Source: the human T2T-CHM13v2.0 reference genome, Homo sapiens. From it: 64,000 nt of DNA. The notes below the pieces were generated by a model. It was not told where the DNA came from, searched no databases, and saw only the letters and a list, made by a program, of their open reading frames with translations. Shown here one piece after another: positions 61,281 to 64,000 of the stretch (its first letter is position 1; every line of letters starts with the position of its first letter). The DNA is taken from NCBI RefSeq assembly GCF_009914755.1, contig NC_060927.1. One strand, 5' to 3'. A program made the translations under genes and the position numbers.

Positions 61281-61879
61281 ACACTGGTATTTAAAATGAT
61301 TGTTTGCTCCTGGAAATCAGATTGTAACAGTGTTAAAATGACTGAGTTCTAAAATTTTAAGACCAAATTTTTTGTTCCTGTGTGTCTGGCAATGCAGCAT
61401 AGTAAAAGGCTCTAGTAGAAGGGTCAGAAAATCAAATCTATTCCACATTTCGCCACTAATCATTCATGAGTCCTTCACCAAATCAATCTCTCTTGGATGC
61501 GGTTTCTCTAGTGTAAAAGAAGGAGATTGTGACAGCTAATCTCCCAAGCCCAGTTCCAGGCTGAGTCAAAACATGACCTCTTACTCTGTGTTAAGATTGA
61601 AGCTACCTAGAAACACCTAATTATTTCAAGGGCAGAATATTGCAGTTTATTTCTGGATGTTTCTGTTAGAATTTGTTTTTTACTCTAGAAGTAGTGTGTG
61701 GGAATAGCACAAATATATATATATATATGAAATAATGGTGCTGTGTTATTGCAAATTGAATAAAACATTAACATTGCAAGGAATTCACAATTTAAGCTCT
61801 GTCGTCTTGAGAATTAATCTACCACATCAGCAGCATTTCTTTTTTCTTTTCGATCATGTTCCTTTATTGGCTTTTGTTT

Positions 61880-62310
61880 TAACTATACATTGCTGCATAA
61901 TATCATCCCCAGACTTAATTACTTAAAACATAAACTCGTTTACTACAATTCACAATTTTCTGGGTCAGGGATTCAGGCATCAAATAGGATTGGTAGGTGG
62001 TATTCAGCTGGTGCTCGGCTGATCTAGACTATCCAAGATGGCTTTATTGATGTGCCTGGTAAATTGTCAGGGACAGTGGCAGGGCTGGGTTCACCTTGGC
62101 CTCTCTTTCATTCTCCAGCAAGATAGTCAGACTGCTATATGGCATCTCAAGTTTTCCAGAGACCAAAGCTGAAGATGCCAGTTCTTGAAAAGGCCAGGTC
62201 TGAAATGGACATATGTCACTTCTCCCATATGCTTTTATTGAAGCAGCCACAAGCCAGCCCAGATTCAGTGGGAGCAATGTCAAGTAATTTGTGAGCACTT
62301 TTAATCTTCT
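61880..62310 (-). mobile_element. MLT1-type LTR
   Basis: attgctgcataa...tctgggtcagggattcaggca...atccaagatggc...cacaagccagcccagattca. Confidence 0.7.
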
Positions 62311-62699
62311 ATAAAATCAAGACATATCTTAATACCACCAAGCCTTCATGAAGACCCTCTGCAATCCTGACTTCTCCCAAATATGCCACTGCCACCAACA
62401 ACAGCAGAGAGAATAAATCTCTCTCTTAAGCTCCCACTACATCACAATTCCTGTTTTAAGGCCTGTGTTTTTTTATTATAGCTACTTTGCATTCTTGCCT
62501 TAGTGTCACCATTCATGTTAGGTGTTAACGCTATGCTTTGCCCCTCTATACAAGCTTTGCTGCGTTTACCACAATATTAGTATATAGTAATTATACAAAA
62601 ACATGTTAATTGTATCAATACATTACAAAATATTGTTTGTCTACAAAATTGTATATATTATGGCTAGAAACCCTGGTGCTTTATTTAACTTCTAGTAAA

Positions 62700-63950
62700 G
62701 AAAATATAGAATACACCCATGACCTTGCCAAAAATTTTGACAAAATCAAAATTTAAATAAATCTGTATCACAAAATACCATAAACAAAGTTCAAAGAGAC
62801 ATGAAAGATTTGGAGAAAATATTTGTAACGTATATGATTAGAACATGAATTAGTATCCAAATTTTACAAGAAAACCTACAAAACAATAGAAAAAGATAAA
62901 CCACACAAGAGAAAAATGTGCAAAGGATATAAATAAACCATTCACAAAAGTAAAAATACAAATGACCAAGAAAAGATGCTAAATCTCACTAATAAACAGG
63001 GATTTGCAAATTACAATCACGATAATAGCATTCTGCATTTTAAAACTTGGCAATATCAATTCTTAGCAATACTCTAAAGAAATGGGAACTGCTATATAGA
63101 AAGCAATATTCTAAAGAAATGAGAACTGCTGATAGAACTGAAATTGGTACAGATACTTTGGAAGCTAATTCAGCGGTATTTACTGAAACAAAAAATATAT
63201 ATATACACCCTCTGTGACCCAGTAATTCCACTTCTCATTAACTTTCCTTGTTCCCATGCAAAAGGAAACATTTTTATATTGTCAAAATTATTGACAAAGT
63301 TTATTATATTTTACTATACTTTAAAATAGCAGTTAAATAAAATGCCTGTTGTACTAGCCATAACCTACACATTTTTGTAGGCAGGTATTATCTTGAGTGT
63401 ATTAATATAATTGATCTCTTTCATATAATTATTATGTGTAAAGAATTATGTTAAAAGTTAGTAAGTTATATAGAATTATTTTTAAACATGAAAAAAAAAA
63501 AAACAACCAGAAACAACCTAAATGATCATCAATAAGGGAAGTGCTAAACAAAAGTTATTATAATCTCAGGTTTTAAAATGGGGGTATATTTTTGTGTATT
63601 AACATGTACTGGTCTCCAGGACAAATTACCAAGTAAAGTAGAACATGGTAGAACATGGTAGAACATTATATATATAATTCATATATATATATATATATGA
63701 ATTCTATTTATGTTAAATAAAAACAATACAATACTATATATTGTTATGATTTTGTAATAATGACATGTAAGTGCAAAGAATAAGGTCTGGAAGAATATTT
63801 AGAGAGTTGTTTATAGCGGTGAACTGGAGAGACAGTGAGAGGGGCTGAAATTCAAAGCAGAGATTAAAAAAGGACTTTAGTCCCATGTTTCAGTTTCTAC
63901 TAAGACAATATATTTATTTGTGACAAGTAAAAATAATTTTTAAAATTAAT
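62700..63950 (+). mobile_element. Ancient L1ME-type 3' fragments
   Basis: ttggagaaaatatttgtaa; tgtgcaaaggatataaa; tgacccagtaattccactt; aaacaacctaaatg. Confidence 0.65.
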
Positions 63951-64000
63951 CACAAATATTTTTATTTCAGAACATTTGAAGAGGTAGGTTACTATATATC

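Overview
This window is AT-rich, non-coding primate genomic DNA. AluY and an LTR12C/ERV9 LTR point to human or another ape. I found no host protein-coding exon, tRNA, rRNA or CRISPR array, and every interpretable ORF in the supplied track comes from a transposable element. Most of the window is layered, nested repeats: about 13 Alu copies or monomers, several L1s, L2 and MIR fossils, MaLR and ERVL solo LTRs, and DNA transposons. The L1s include a twin-primed, 5'-inverted L1PA4-like copy and an L1PA8-like copy with a large internal deletion. A CpG-rich solo LTR12C carries an NF-Y (CCAAT) repeat array. The DNA transposons include a near full-length Tigger2 with a dead transposase, plus Tigger2a, MER3, MER20, MER58A, MER63A, MER119 and MADE1. 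The most unusual signal is a perfect 96-bp palindrome with no spacer at 28097-28192, which looks like a recent fold-back duplication of an old LTR end. A second is a cluster of CCAT/ATGG-centred inverted repeats in unique DNA at about 45327-45450. I see no clear evidence of a new multi-gene system. Subfamily names come from remembered consensus sequences and need confirmation with RepeatMasker/Dfam.
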